Below, piece after piece: positions 18,020-25,830 of a DNA stretch of 32,000 nucleotides (positions are counted from its first letter, which is position 1; every line of letters starts with the position of its first letter). The DNA comes from Micrococcus luteus NCTC 2665 (GTDB taxonomy: Bacteria > Actinomycetota > Actinomycetes > Actinomycetales > Micrococcaceae). Under the pieces are notes generated by a model. That model saw nothing but the letters and a program-made list of their open reading frames with translations. It was not told the DNA's origin and ran no database searches. The position numbers were made by a program, and so were the translations under genes. The stretch covers positions 510,001 through 542,000 of the forward strand of contig NC_012803.1 of NCBI RefSeq assembly GCF_000023205.1. The letters run 5' to 3'.

Positions 18020-18811
18020 TCAGAACTGGCGGGCCAGGATGGCCCGCTTCACCTCGGAGATCGCCTTGGTCACCTGGATGCCGCGGGGGCACGCGTCGGT
18101 GCAGTTGAAGGTCGTGCGGCAGCGCCACACGCCCTCCTTGTCGTTCAGGATCTCCAGGCGCATGTCGCCGGCCTCGTCACGCGAGTCGAAGATGAACCGG
18201 TGCGCGTTGACGATGGCGGCCGGGCCGAAGTACTGGCCGTCCGTCCAGAACACCGGGCAGGACGAGGTGCACGCGGCGCACAGGATGCACTTCGTGGTGT
18301 CGTCGTAGATCGCCCGGTCGGCCTGGGACTGGTAGCGCTCCTTGGTGGGCGCGTGGCCCTCGGCGACCAGGAACGGCATGATCTCGCGGTAGGACTGGAA
18401 GAACGGGTCCATGTCCACGATCAGGTCCTTCTCCACCGGCAGGCCCTTGATGGGCTCCACCAGGATGGGCTTGGACAGGTCGAGGTCCTTCAGGAGCGTC
18501 TTGCAGGCCAGGCGGTTGCGGCCGTTGATGCGCATGGCGTCGGAGCCGCACACGCCGTGGGCGCAGGAGCGGCGGAACGACAGGGTGCCGTCGTGGTCCC
18601 ACTTGACCTTGTGCAGGGCGTCCAGCACGCGGTCGGTGCCGTACATGGTCAGGCGCCACTCGTCCCAGTAGGACTCCTCGGAGGACTCCGGGAGGTAGCG
18701 GCGGACCTTGAGTACGATGTCGAAGCTCTCGACCTCGCCTGCGCCGCCGCCGGCGGACTGGGTCTGCGCCTGGGCCACGGGGGCCTCGGTCTCGGTTGCT
18801 GAGTGGCTCAT
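18020..18811 (-). CDS. sdhB: Succinate dehydrogenase iron-sulfur subunit
   Basis: The cysteine clusters are CAHGVCGSDAMRINGRNRLAC, CILCAACTSSCP and CTDACPRGI. Its ATG overlaps the sdhA stop (TGATG). Confidence 0.95.
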   Translation of the reverse strand: MSHSATETEAPVAQAQTQSAGGGAGEVESFDIVLKVRRYLPESSEESYWDEWRLTMYGTDRVLDALHKVKWDHDGTLSFRRSCAHGVCGSDAMRINGRNRLACKTLLKDLDLSKPILVEPIKGLPVEKDLIVDMDPFFQSYREIMPFLVAEGHAPTKERYQSQADRAIYDDTTKCILCAACTSSCPVFWTDGQYFGPAAIVNAHRFIFDSRDEAGDMRLEILNDKEGVWRCRTTFNCTDACPRGIQVTKAISEVKRAILARQF

Positions 18812-20598
18812 CAGTACTTACGCTCCATCGGCTGGTAACGGGTCACGACGACGGGCTTGGTCTCGAAGCGGATGCCCTTGACGCCCTCCATCTCCGCGGT
18901 CTCGTCACGGTAGATCATGGTGTGCGCCATGAAGTTCTCGTCGTCGCGATCGGGGTAGTCCTCGCGGTAGTGGCCGCCGCGGGACTCCTTGCGGCCCAGG
19001 GCCGCGAGGGTCATCGCCTCGGCGATGTCCAGGAGGTAGCCCAGCTCCATGCCCTCGAGCAGGTCGAGGTTGAAGCGGTGGCCCTTGTCCTGGACGGACA
19101 CGTTCTCGTAGCGGCCGCGCAGCTCCTCGATCTTGGCCAGTGCGCGGCGGATCGAGTCCTCGTCGCGGAAGACCTGCATGTCCGCGTCCATGGACTCCTG
19201 GAGCTCGGCGCGGATGTCCGCGACGCGCTCGGACCCGGTGGCGGAGCGCAGGTTCTCGATGTGCTCCACGGTCGGCAGCTCGCCGCCCTCGGGCAGCTCC
19301 ACCCAGTCCGCCTGCGCGGCGTACTCGGCGGCGTAGATGCCTGCGCGGCGGCCGAACACGTTGATGTCCAGCAGCGAGTTGGTGCCCAGGCGGTTGGACC
19401 CGTGCACGGACACGCAGGCCACCTCGCCGGCGGCGTACAGGCCCGGCACGACGGTGTCGTTGTCCTGGAGGACCTCGGCCTTGATGTTCGTGGGGATGCC
19501 GCCCATGAAGTAGTGGCAGGTGGGGAACACCGGCACCGGCTCCGTGTAGGGCTCGACGCCCAGGTACGTGCGGGCGAACTCGGTGATGTCCGGGAGCTTC
19601 TCGTCGATGTGCGAGGGCTCCAGGTGCGTCAGGTCGAGCAGCACGTAGTCCTTGTTGGGGCCGGCGCCGCGGCCCTGACGGACCTCCTCGGCCATGGACC
19701 GGGCCACGATGTCGCGCGGGGCGAGGTCCTTGATGGTGGGGGCGTAGCGCTCCATGAAGCGCTCGCCGTCCGCGTTGCGGAGGATGCCGCCCTCGCCGCG
19801 TGCGGCCTCGGAGAGCAGGATGCCCAGGCCGGCCAGGCCGGTCGGGTGGAACTGCACGAACTCCATGTCCTCGAGGGGCAGGCCCGCGCGGTAGGCGATG
19901 GCCATGCCGTCGCCGGTGAGGGTGTGGGCGTTCGAGGTGGTCTTGTACACCTTCCCGGCGCCGCCGGTGGCGAAGATGACCGACTTGGCCTGGAAGACGT
20001 GGATCTCGCCGGTGGCCAGCTCGTAGGAGACGACGCCGGCGGTGCGCTTCTGCTTGTAGGCGGTGCCGTCCTCGCGCACGGCGTCCTCCTCCACCAGCAG
20101 CAGGTCGAGCACGTAGAACTCGTTGTAGAACTCCACGTTGTGCTTGACGCAGTTCTGGTACAGCGTCTGGAGGATCATGTGGCCGGTGCGGTCCGCGGCG
20201 TAGCAGGCGCGGCGCACGGGCGCCTTGCCGTGGTCACGGGTGTGGCCGCCGAAGCGGCGCTGGTCGATCTTGCCCTCGGGGGTGCGGTTGAAGGGCAGGC
20301 CCATCTTCTCGAGGTCGAGCACCGCGTCGATGGCCTCCTTGGCCATGACCTCCGCGGCGTCCTGGTCCACCAGGTAGTCGCCGCCCTTGACGGTGTCGAA
20401 CGTGTGCCACTCCCAGTTGTCCTCCTCGACGTTGGCGAGGGCCGCGCACATGCCGCCCTGGGCCGCGCCGGTGTGGGAACGCGTGGGGTAGATCTTGGTG
20501 AGGACGGCGGTGTGCGCGCGCTGACCGGCCTCGATGGCCGCGCGCATGCCCGCGCCGCCGGCGCCGACGATCACCACGTCGTACTTGTGCACCTGCAT
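18811..20598 (-). CDS. sdhA: Succinate dehydrogenase flavoprotein subunit
   Basis: VVIVGAGGAGMRAAIEA (FAD fold), RSHTGAAQGG (covalent-FAD histidine region), HPTG, GEVACVSVHGSNRLGTNSLLD. Confidence 0.96.
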   Translation of the reverse strand: MQVHKYDVVIVGAGGAGMRAAIEAGQRAHTAVLTKIYPTRSHTGAAQGGMCAALANVEEDNWEWHTFDTVKGGDYLVDQDAAEVMAKEAIDAVLDLEKMGLPFNRTPEGKIDQRRFGGHTRDHGKAPVRRACYAADRTGHMILQTLYQNCVKHNVEFYNEFYVLDLLLVEEDAVREDGTAYKQKRTAGVVSYELATGEIHVFQAKSVIFATGGAGKVYKTTSNAHTLTGDGMAIAYRAGLPLEDMEFVQFHPTGLAGLGILLSEAARGEGGILRNADGERFMERYAPTIKDLAPRDIVARSMAEEVRQGRGAGPNKDYVLLDLTHLEPSHIDEKLPDITEFARTYLGVEPYTEPVPVFPTCHYFMGGIPTNIKAEVLQDNDTVVPGLYAAGEVACVSVHGSNRLGTNSLLDINVFGRRAGIYAAEYAAQADWVELPEGGELPTVEHIENLRSATGSERVADIRAELQESMDADMQVFRDEDSIRRALAKIEELRGRYENVSVQDKGHRFNLDLLEGMELGYLLDIAEAMTLAALGRKESRGGHYREDYPDRDDENFMAHTMIYRDETAEMEGVKGIRFETKPVVVTRYQPMERKY

Positions 20599-20675
20599 TC
20601 AGGTCTCTCTTTCTGGGTGTCTGTGACGCGGCGGCCGCTCGGGCCGGCCGCACCGCAGGGTGAACGTTTCCGGGG

Positions 20676-21155
20676 TCAGCCGCAGAAGGCCGGGGAGCCC
20701 TCAAGCAGGGCGCCGGAGGCGTCCACCATGCAGGGATCGAAGGTGAAGATCACCAGGGTGCCGAGGATGATGATCACGGCCGTGGCGATGTACAGGATCA
20801 TCGTCAGCCAGAACCGGCCGGTGCCGCGACGGGTGTAGTCGTTGATGATCGTGCGCACGCCGTTGGCGCCGTGCAGCATGGCCAGCCACAGGAGGGCCAG
20901 GTCCCAGAACTGCCACAGCGGGTGCGCCCACTTGCCGGCCACGAAGCCGAAGTCGACGGCGTGGATGCCGTCGCCGACCAGCAGGTTGGTGGTCAGGTGC
21001 ACGGCGATCAGCACGACGAGGAAGACGCCCGAGATGCGCATGAACAGCCAGGCGAGCATCTCGAAGTTGCCGCGGCCGCCGCCGTCGCGCGTGTACGTGG
21101 GGTCCAGACGGCGGCTGCGGGGCGCCGCGATGGTGGTCTCAGCGGTGGTGCTCAT
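20676..21155 (-). CDS. sdhD: Succinate dehydrogenase hydrophobic membrane anchor subunit
   Basis: Located between sdhC and sdhA, with 3 hydrophobic helices (AWLFMRISGVFLVVLIAVHL...). A GGAGG SD overlaps the sdhC end. Confidence 0.8.
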   Translation of the reverse strand: MSTTAETTIAAPRSRRLDPTYTRDGGGRGNFEMLAWLFMRISGVFLVVLIAVHLTTNLLVGDGIHAVDFGFVAGKWAHPLWQFWDLALLWLAMLHGANGVRTIINDYTRRGTGRFWLTMILYIATAVIIILGTLVIFTFDPCMVDASGALLEGSPAFCG

Positions 21156-21158
21156 GGC

Positions 21159-21563
21159 TCAGTGACCTCCGAGTGCGAGGCTGAAGTGACGGATGGCGAA
21201 GCCCAGGGTCAGGACGACCCACAGCCCCAGCACGATCCACAGCAGGGTCTTGTGGTGCTGGGTGCCGCCCTTCCAGAAGTCGACCAGGATGATGCGCAGG
21301 CCGTTCAGGGCGTGGAAGATGATCGCCGCGACGAGGCCGGCCTCGCCGAGCGCGAAGTACCACGTCTTGTACGAGCCGATCACGGCGTCGTAGGCCTCGG
21401 GGGAGACCCGGACCAGGGCCGTGTCCAGCACGTGGACGAGCAGGTAGAAGAAGATGACGACGCCGGTGACGCGGTGGCCCACCCAGGACCACATGCCGCC
21501 GTGGCCCCGGTACAGGGTTCCGCGGCCGTTCTTGGCCGGGGCCTGCGCAGTGGCGCTAGACAC
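21159..21563 (-). CDS. sdhC: Succinate dehydrogenase cytochrome b subunit
   Basis: HGGMWSWVGHRVTGVVIFFYLLVHVLDTAL...IFHALNGLRIILVDF. Start chosen at GTG 21563 because GGAGG (21576-21572) lies 8 nt upstream of it. The track start at 21590 would include that SD in the coding region. Confidence 0.85.
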   Translation of the reverse strand: MSSATAQAPAKNGRGTLYRGHGGMWSWVGHRVTGVVIFFYLLVHVLDTALVRVSPEAYDAVIGSYKTWYFALGEAGLVAAIIFHALNGLRIILVDFWKGGTQHHKTLLWIVLGLWVVLTLGFAIRHFSLALGGH

Positions 21564-21799
21564 GGTTGATACCTCCAGGGGGGAATGCACGATCCCGGTC
21601 CTCCGCCGTGGGACGACGACGGGCAGGGGCGTGTGCGAGTGGATTCCTCCGCCTAGGGTAGACCCTTCCCGCGCCTCCGTGCCCGATCGGGGACCGGGGC
21701 GGCCACTGTGACGCGCGCGGCGCCCCGCCGCCGTCCTGCTCGGTCTGGGCTGTGCCCCGCCTGGGACGCGTCGAGTGGTCCGCTGTCCGGACGGTTCCG

Positions 21800-21805
21800 T
21801 AGTCT
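21800..21805 (+). promoter_or_regulatory. Candidate -10 box TAGTCT, 6 nt upstream of GTG 21812 (leaderless-type start)
   Basis: TAnnnT hexamer with no SD before the start. Confidence 0.35.
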
Positions 21806-21811
21806 GGCCCG

Positions 21812-22963
21812 GTGAGCACCGATCCGAACCTGACCGATGCCCCGCGCGAGGCCGCGCCGGGCACGGCCCTGTCCCGCTTCCACGCCGTGATCCCCGCCGG
21901 GGGCGTGGGCACCCGCCTGTGGCCCCTCTCGCGGGCCGCCGCGCCGAAGTTCCTCCACGACCTCACCGGCTCGGGCCAGACCCTGATCCGTGCCACGTGG
22001 GACCGTCTGGCGCCCCTGGCCGCGGGCATGCTCGTGGTGACCGGGGAGGCCCACCGGGAGGCGGTGTGCACGCAGCTGCCGGCCCTGGCGGAGACGGATC
22101 TGGTGCTCGAGCCCTCGCCCAAGGACTCCGCGGCCGCCATCGGCCTGGCCGCGGCGATCCTCTCCCTGCGCGACCCGGACACGATCATGGGCTCGTTCGC
22201 GGCGGATCAGGTGATCTCCCCGGTGGAGGTCTTCCAGGACGCGGTGCGACAGGCCGTCGAGACGGCGGCCACGGGTCGGATCGTGACCATCGGCATCGAG
22301 CCCACGCACGCGGCCACGGGCTTCGGCTACATCCGCCGGGGCCGCCGCCTCCGCGTGGCCGGCGCCCCGGACGCGCACGACGTCGCCGCGTTCGTGGAGA
22401 AGCCGGACCTGAAGGTCGCCCAGCAGTACGTGAAGTCCGGCCGCTACCTCTGGAACGCGGGCATGTTCGTGGCGCCCGTGGGCCTCATGCTGGCCCACCT
22501 CGAGGAGAACGAGCCCGCGCTGCACGCCGGCCTGATGGAGATCGCCCGCGCGTGGGAGACGCCGGAGCGGGACGAGGTCATGGCCCGGGTGTGGCCCGAG
22601 CTGACGAAGACCGCCATCGACTACGCCGTGGCCGAGCCCGCCGCCGCCGTCGGCGACGTGGCCGTGATCCCCGGCTCCTTCACGTGGGACGACGTGGGGG
22701 ACTTCGCGGCGATCGCCCGCCTGAACCCGGTCAAGGACGCCTCCGGCATCACGGTGATCGGCGACACCCCACGGGTGTACTCGGACGACGCGTCCGGCGT
22801 CGTGGTGACGGACACGAAGCGCGTCATCGCGCTGATCGGCATCGAGGACGTCGTCGTGGTGGACACCGAGGACGCGTTGCTCGTCACCACCACGGAGCAC
22901 GCCCAGGAGGTCAAGAAGGCCGTCGAGGCGCTCAAGGCGGAGGGCGTGGACGAGGTCCTCTGA
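21812..22963 (+). CDS. manC: Mannose-1-phosphate guanylyltransferase (GDP-mannose pyrophosphorylase, nucleotidyltransferase family)
   Basis: AVIPAGGVGTRLWPLSRAAAPKFL (GGxGTRL NTP-transferase signature), GFGYI, YLWNAGMF. At 383 aa it has no C-terminal isomerase domain. Confidence 0.8.
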   Translation: MSTDPNLTDAPREAAPGTALSRFHAVIPAGGVGTRLWPLSRAAAPKFLHDLTGSGQTLIRATWDRLAPLAAGMLVVTGEAHREAVCTQLPALAETDLVLEPSPKDSAAAIGLAAAILSLRDPDTIMGSFAADQVISPVEVFQDAVRQAVETAATGRIVTIGIEPTHAATGFGYIRRGRRLRVAGAPDAHDVAAFVEKPDLKVAQQYVKSGRYLWNAGMFVAPVGLMLAHLEENEPALHAGLMEIARAWETPERDEVMARVWPELTKTAIDYAVAEPAAAVGDVAVIPGSFTWDDVGDFAAIARLNPVKDASGITVIGDTPRVYSDDASGVVVTDTKRVIALIGIEDVVVVDTEDALLVTTTEHAQEVKKAVEALKAEGVDEVL

Positions 22964-22972
22964 CCGCGTCCT

Positions 22973-23002
22973 GTGCCGGGTCCGGCCCCCACCGACCGGC
23001 AC
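22973..23002 (+). terminator. Hairpin after manC
   Basis: GTGCCGG ... CCGGCAC, with additional inner pairs (TCCGG/CCGA). It starts 10 nt after the stop. No U-tract. Confidence 0.4.
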
Positions 23003-23010
23003 CCCCGGAG

Positions 23011-23016
23011 TAGGGT
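23011..23016 (+). promoter_or_regulatory. Candidate -10 box TAGGGT, 8 nt upstream of ATG 23025 (leaderless-type start)
   Basis: TAnnnT hexamer with no SD before the start. Confidence 0.35.
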
Positions 23017-23024
23017 GCTGGGCC

Positions 23025-24281
23025 ATGACCACCTCCGACTCCGTGCTGACCGGGCCCCGTCCGACCTCCGTCCCCTCGGTGGGCCCCGTGGTGGCCGAGC
23101 TCGAGGACGAGATCGTGTCCTTCCGCCGGGACCTGCACCGGCATCCCGAGCTCTCCTATGAGGAGTACCGCACCACCGACCGCATCGTGGAGCTGCTCTC
23201 CGGCTACGGGCTCTCGCCCGTGCGGATGGAGTCCACGGGCGCCTACGTGGACGTCGGGGAGGGGCCGGTGGTGCTGGCCCTGCGCGCGGACATCGACGCG
23301 CTGCCGGTCGAGGAGGAGACCGGCCTGCCCTACGTGTCCGTCAATGACGGCGTCGCACACGCGTGCGGCCACGACATGCACACCGCCGTCATGGCGGGTG
23401 TGGCCGTCGCCCTCGGCCGCATCCTCCGCGGGGCCACCGCCGACGCCGACCTGCGCGCGGCCGGCGAGCGGGTCCACGGCACGGTCCGCGTCATCTTCCA
23501 GCCCGCGGAGGAGCGGCTGCCCGGCGGCTCCCTGGCCGTGCTGCGCCAGGGGATCCTCGACGACGTGCCCCGCATCCTGGCGGCGCACTGCGACCCCCAG
23601 GTCGACGTCGGCTCGATCGGCACCCGCATCGGCGCCATCACCTCGGCGGCGGACACGATCCGGATCACCCTCACCGGACGCGGTGGGCACACCTCGCGGC
23701 CCCACCTCACCGAGGACATGGTCTTCGCCCTGTCTCAGATCGCCGTGAACGTGCCCGCCGTGCTCTCCCGGCGGATCGACGTGCGCTCGGCCGTCTCCGT
23801 GGTGTGGGGGCAGATCGCCGCCGGCAGCGCGCCCAACGCGATCGACAACACCGGCTACCTGGCCGGGACCATGCGCTGCCTCGACGCGGACGTGTGGGAG
23901 GAGGCCGGAGCGCTGCTCGACGAGGTGGTCCGGCAGGTCGCCGCGCCGTACGGCGTGCACGTGCAGCTCGAGCACGTGCGCGGTGTCCCGCCGGTGCACA
24001 ACACCGAGGGCGAGACGGCGCTGATCGAGACCGCGGCGCGGCGGGAGCTCGGCTCACGGGCGATCCTCCTGACCCCGCAGTCGATGGGCGGCGAGGACTT
24101 CGCCTGGATGACCCAGAAGGTGCCCGGCTCCATGCTGCGCCTCGGCACCCGGTCCCCGGGTGGCCCCATCTACGATCTGCACCGCGGGGACTACGCGCCG
24201 GACGAGCGGGCCATCGGCGTGGGCATGCGGGTCTTCACCGCCGCCGCGCTGCAGGTGCTCACGGGCGAGGACCACCACTGA
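23025..24281 (+). CDS. M20-family amidohydrolase (N-acyl-L-amino-acid amidohydrolase / hippurate hydrolase-like)
   Basis: FRRDLHRHPELSYEEYRT, LALRADIDALPV, metal-binding HACGHDMH, FQPAEE, GGEDFAW. Confidence 0.88.
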   Translation: MTTSDSVLTGPRPTSVPSVGPVVAELEDEIVSFRRDLHRHPELSYEEYRTTDRIVELLSGYGLSPVRMESTGAYVDVGEGPVVLALRADIDALPVEEETGLPYVSVNDGVAHACGHDMHTAVMAGVAVALGRILRGATADADLRAAGERVHGTVRVIFQPAEERLPGGSLAVLRQGILDDVPRILAAHCDPQVDVGSIGTRIGAITSAADTIRITLTGRGGHTSRPHLTEDMVFALSQIAVNVPAVLSRRIDVRSAVSVVWGQIAAGSAPNAIDNTGYLAGTMRCLDADVWEEAGALLDEVVRQVAAPYGVHVQLEHVRGVPPVHNTEGETALIETAARRELGSRAILLTPQSMGGEDFAWMTQKVPGSMLRLGTRSPGGPIYDLHRGDYAPDERAIGVGMRVFTAAALQVLTGEDHH

Positions 24282-24343
24282 CCCCGCCGCCCGCACCCGC
24301 CGGAGGGGACGGGCCAACCGTTCGGTAGACTCGCGCTCATCCG

Positions 24344-24375
24344 GACGGGGCCACCCGCACGGGCCCCGTCTTTCC
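24344..24375 (+). terminator. Intrinsic terminator after the amidohydrolase gene
   Basis: GACGGGGCC acccgcacg GGCCCCGTC (9-bp stem) followed by TTTCC. Confidence 0.6.
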
Positions 24376-24410
24376 GCGGCCACCGGCCGCCGACCTCGCA
24401 CCGTGCCTTC

Positions 24411-24418
24411 CGAAATGA
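24411..24418. repeat. Target-site duplication of IS copy B (CGAAATGA), left copy
   Basis: An identical octamer abuts both termini (24411-24418 and 25816-25823). Confidence 0.9.
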
Positions 24419-25815
24419 GGCTCTCCTGACGCTTCCGTGGGTGTTCTGGCGAGCCGTTGACGAGGGCACGCCGCTCTCTGCCTAGGTTTCTGGCTGTTGA
24501 GGTCAGTTACCTGAAGGGCGGAGAACGGCGTGCGGAACGCAAGCCTATGGCGGTCCTTGCTGGGCGTCGAGAAGACGGTCGTGGAGGGCATCGAGTTCGA
24601 TGAGGACGACCAGCTCCTGGTGGCTCATGTCCGTCCCCGGGCTCGAGTGCGTGGCCGGTGCGGGCGGTGCGGGCGCAGGTCGCCCGGGTACGACCGTGGC
24701 GAGGGTCGGCGGCGGTGGCGGGCGCTGGATCTGGGCACGGTGCAGGTCTACCTCGAGGCCGACGCCCCGCGGGTGGCCTGCCGCGAGCACGGTCCCACGG
24801 TGGCCGCCGTCCCGTGGGCCAGGCACGGGGCCGGTCACACCGTGGTGTTCGACGAGCAGGTGGCCTGGCTGGCCACGCAGTGCTCCAAGTCCGCGGTCAC
24901 CGAGCTGATGCGCATCGCCTGGCGCACCGTCGGGGCGATCATCACCCGGGTCTGGGCCGACGTGGAGGCCCTCGGCGACCGGTTCGCCGGCCTGCGACGG
25001 ATCGGCATCGATGAGATCTCCTACAAGAAGGGCCACCGCTACCTCACGATCGTGGTCGACCACGACACCGGCCGGCTCGTCTGGGCCGCCCCGGGCCGGG
25101 ACAAGGCGACCCTGGCGGCGTTCTTCGAGGCCCTCGGGCCCGACCGGTGCGCCGAGATCACCCACGTCAGCGCCGACGGGGCGGACTGGATCGCCGCCGT
25201 GGTCGCCGAGCGGTGCCCGAACGCGGTGCGGTGCGCTGATCCGTTCCACATCGTCAAGTGGGCCACCGAGGCCCTGGACGAGGTCCGTCGCCAGGCGTGG
25301 AACGAGGCCCGTGGCGCGGTCCGGCAGCGCCGGGCCGGGCGGGCCGGCGGGCACGCCAAGGCGCTCAAGCACGCCCGGTACGCGCTGTGGAAGAACCCCG
25401 AGAACCTCACCACCCGGCAGCAGGCCAAGCTCGCCTGGGTCGCCAAGACCGACCCGCGCCTGCACCGGGCCTACCTGCTCAAGGAAGGACTGCGCCTGGT
25501 CTTCCAGCTACCCGCCGACGAGGCCGAGACGGCCCTGGAACGCTGGATCGGCTGGGCCCGACGTTGCCGCATCCCCGCCTTCGTCGAGCTCCAACGCCGC
25601 ATCGTCAAGCACAAGGCCTCGATCCTCGCCGCGATCGAGCACGGCCTGTCCAACGGACGTATCGAGTCCGTGAACACGAAGATTCGGCTCATCACCCGCG
25701 TCGCCTTCGGCTTCAAGTCCCCCGAAGCCCTCATCGCCCTGGCCATGCTCAACCTCGGCGGCCACCGACCCGTCCTACCGGGCCGGAAATGACCCACGGA
25801 TCAGTCAGGAGAGCC
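24419..25815 (+). mobile_element. ISL3-family insertion sequence, copy B (1397 bp, transposase on plus strand)
   Basis: Same termini as copy A: GGCTCTCCTGACGCTTCCGTGGGT at 24419-24442, and the reverse complement of GGCTCTCCTGACTGATCCGTGGGT at 25792-25815. A possible tnp -10 box TAGGTT lies at 24483-24488, and SD GGAGA (24520-24524) is 5 nt before GTG 24530. Coordinates map to copy A as p -> 26689-p. Confidence 0.93.
24530..25792 (+). CDS. ISL3-family transposase (420 aa), identical to 897..2159
   Basis: Translation identical to copy A in the ORF track. All shadow-frame ORFs inside the element are also identical between copies. Confidence 0.95.
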   Translation: MRNASLWRSLLGVEKTVVEGIEFDEDDQLLVAHVRPRARVRGRCGRCGRRSPGYDRGEGRRRWRALDLGTVQVYLEADAPRVACREHGPTVAAVPWARHGAGHTVVFDEQVAWLATQCSKSAVTELMRIAWRTVGAIITRVWADVEALGDRFAGLRRIGIDEISYKKGHRYLTIVVDHDTGRLVWAAPGRDKATLAAFFEALGPDRCAEITHVSADGADWIAAVVAERCPNAVRCADPFHIVKWATEALDEVRRQAWNEARGAVRQRRAGRAGGHAKALKHARYALWKNPENLTTRQQAKLAWVAKTDPRLHRAYLLKEGLRLVFQLPADEAETALERWIGWARRCRIPAFVELQRRIVKHKASILAAIEHGLSNGRIESVNTKIRLITRVAFGFKSPEALIALAMLNLGGHRPVLPGRK

Positions 25816-25823
25816 CGAAATGA
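25816..25823. repeat. Target-site duplication of IS copy B (CGAAATGA), right copy
   Basis: Directly follows ...CAGGAGAGCC at 25815 and overlaps the first bases of the downstream SD GAGGA (25822-25826). Confidence 0.9.
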
Positions 25824-25830
25824 GGACCCC

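Noticed and set aside
24282-24418. Purine/nucleoside-sensing riboswitch in the former upstream region of the nucleoside transporter
   Set aside because: I see no resemblance to the purine riboswitch core. The only structure is a 9-bp hairpin plus a T-run, which is adequately explained as the amidohydrolase terminator. A TAGACT hexamer at 24326-24331 upstream of it is noted but unsupported.
874-25815. Composite transposon formed by the two inverted IS copies with a 22-kb cargo
   Set aside because: Each copy has its own matching 8-bp duplication (ATATTTCT around A, CGAAATGA around B), and the two outer flanks do not match each other. The segment therefore did not transpose as a unit. The cargo is essential single-copy-type housekeeping (sdhCDAB, trpS, glyA, folD).
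25258-25830. N-terminal 191 codons of track ORF 25258..26988
   Set aside because: This is an alternative frame of the transposase gene running out of the IS. The real gene starts at ATG 25831 with an SD and a lipoprotein signal peptide.
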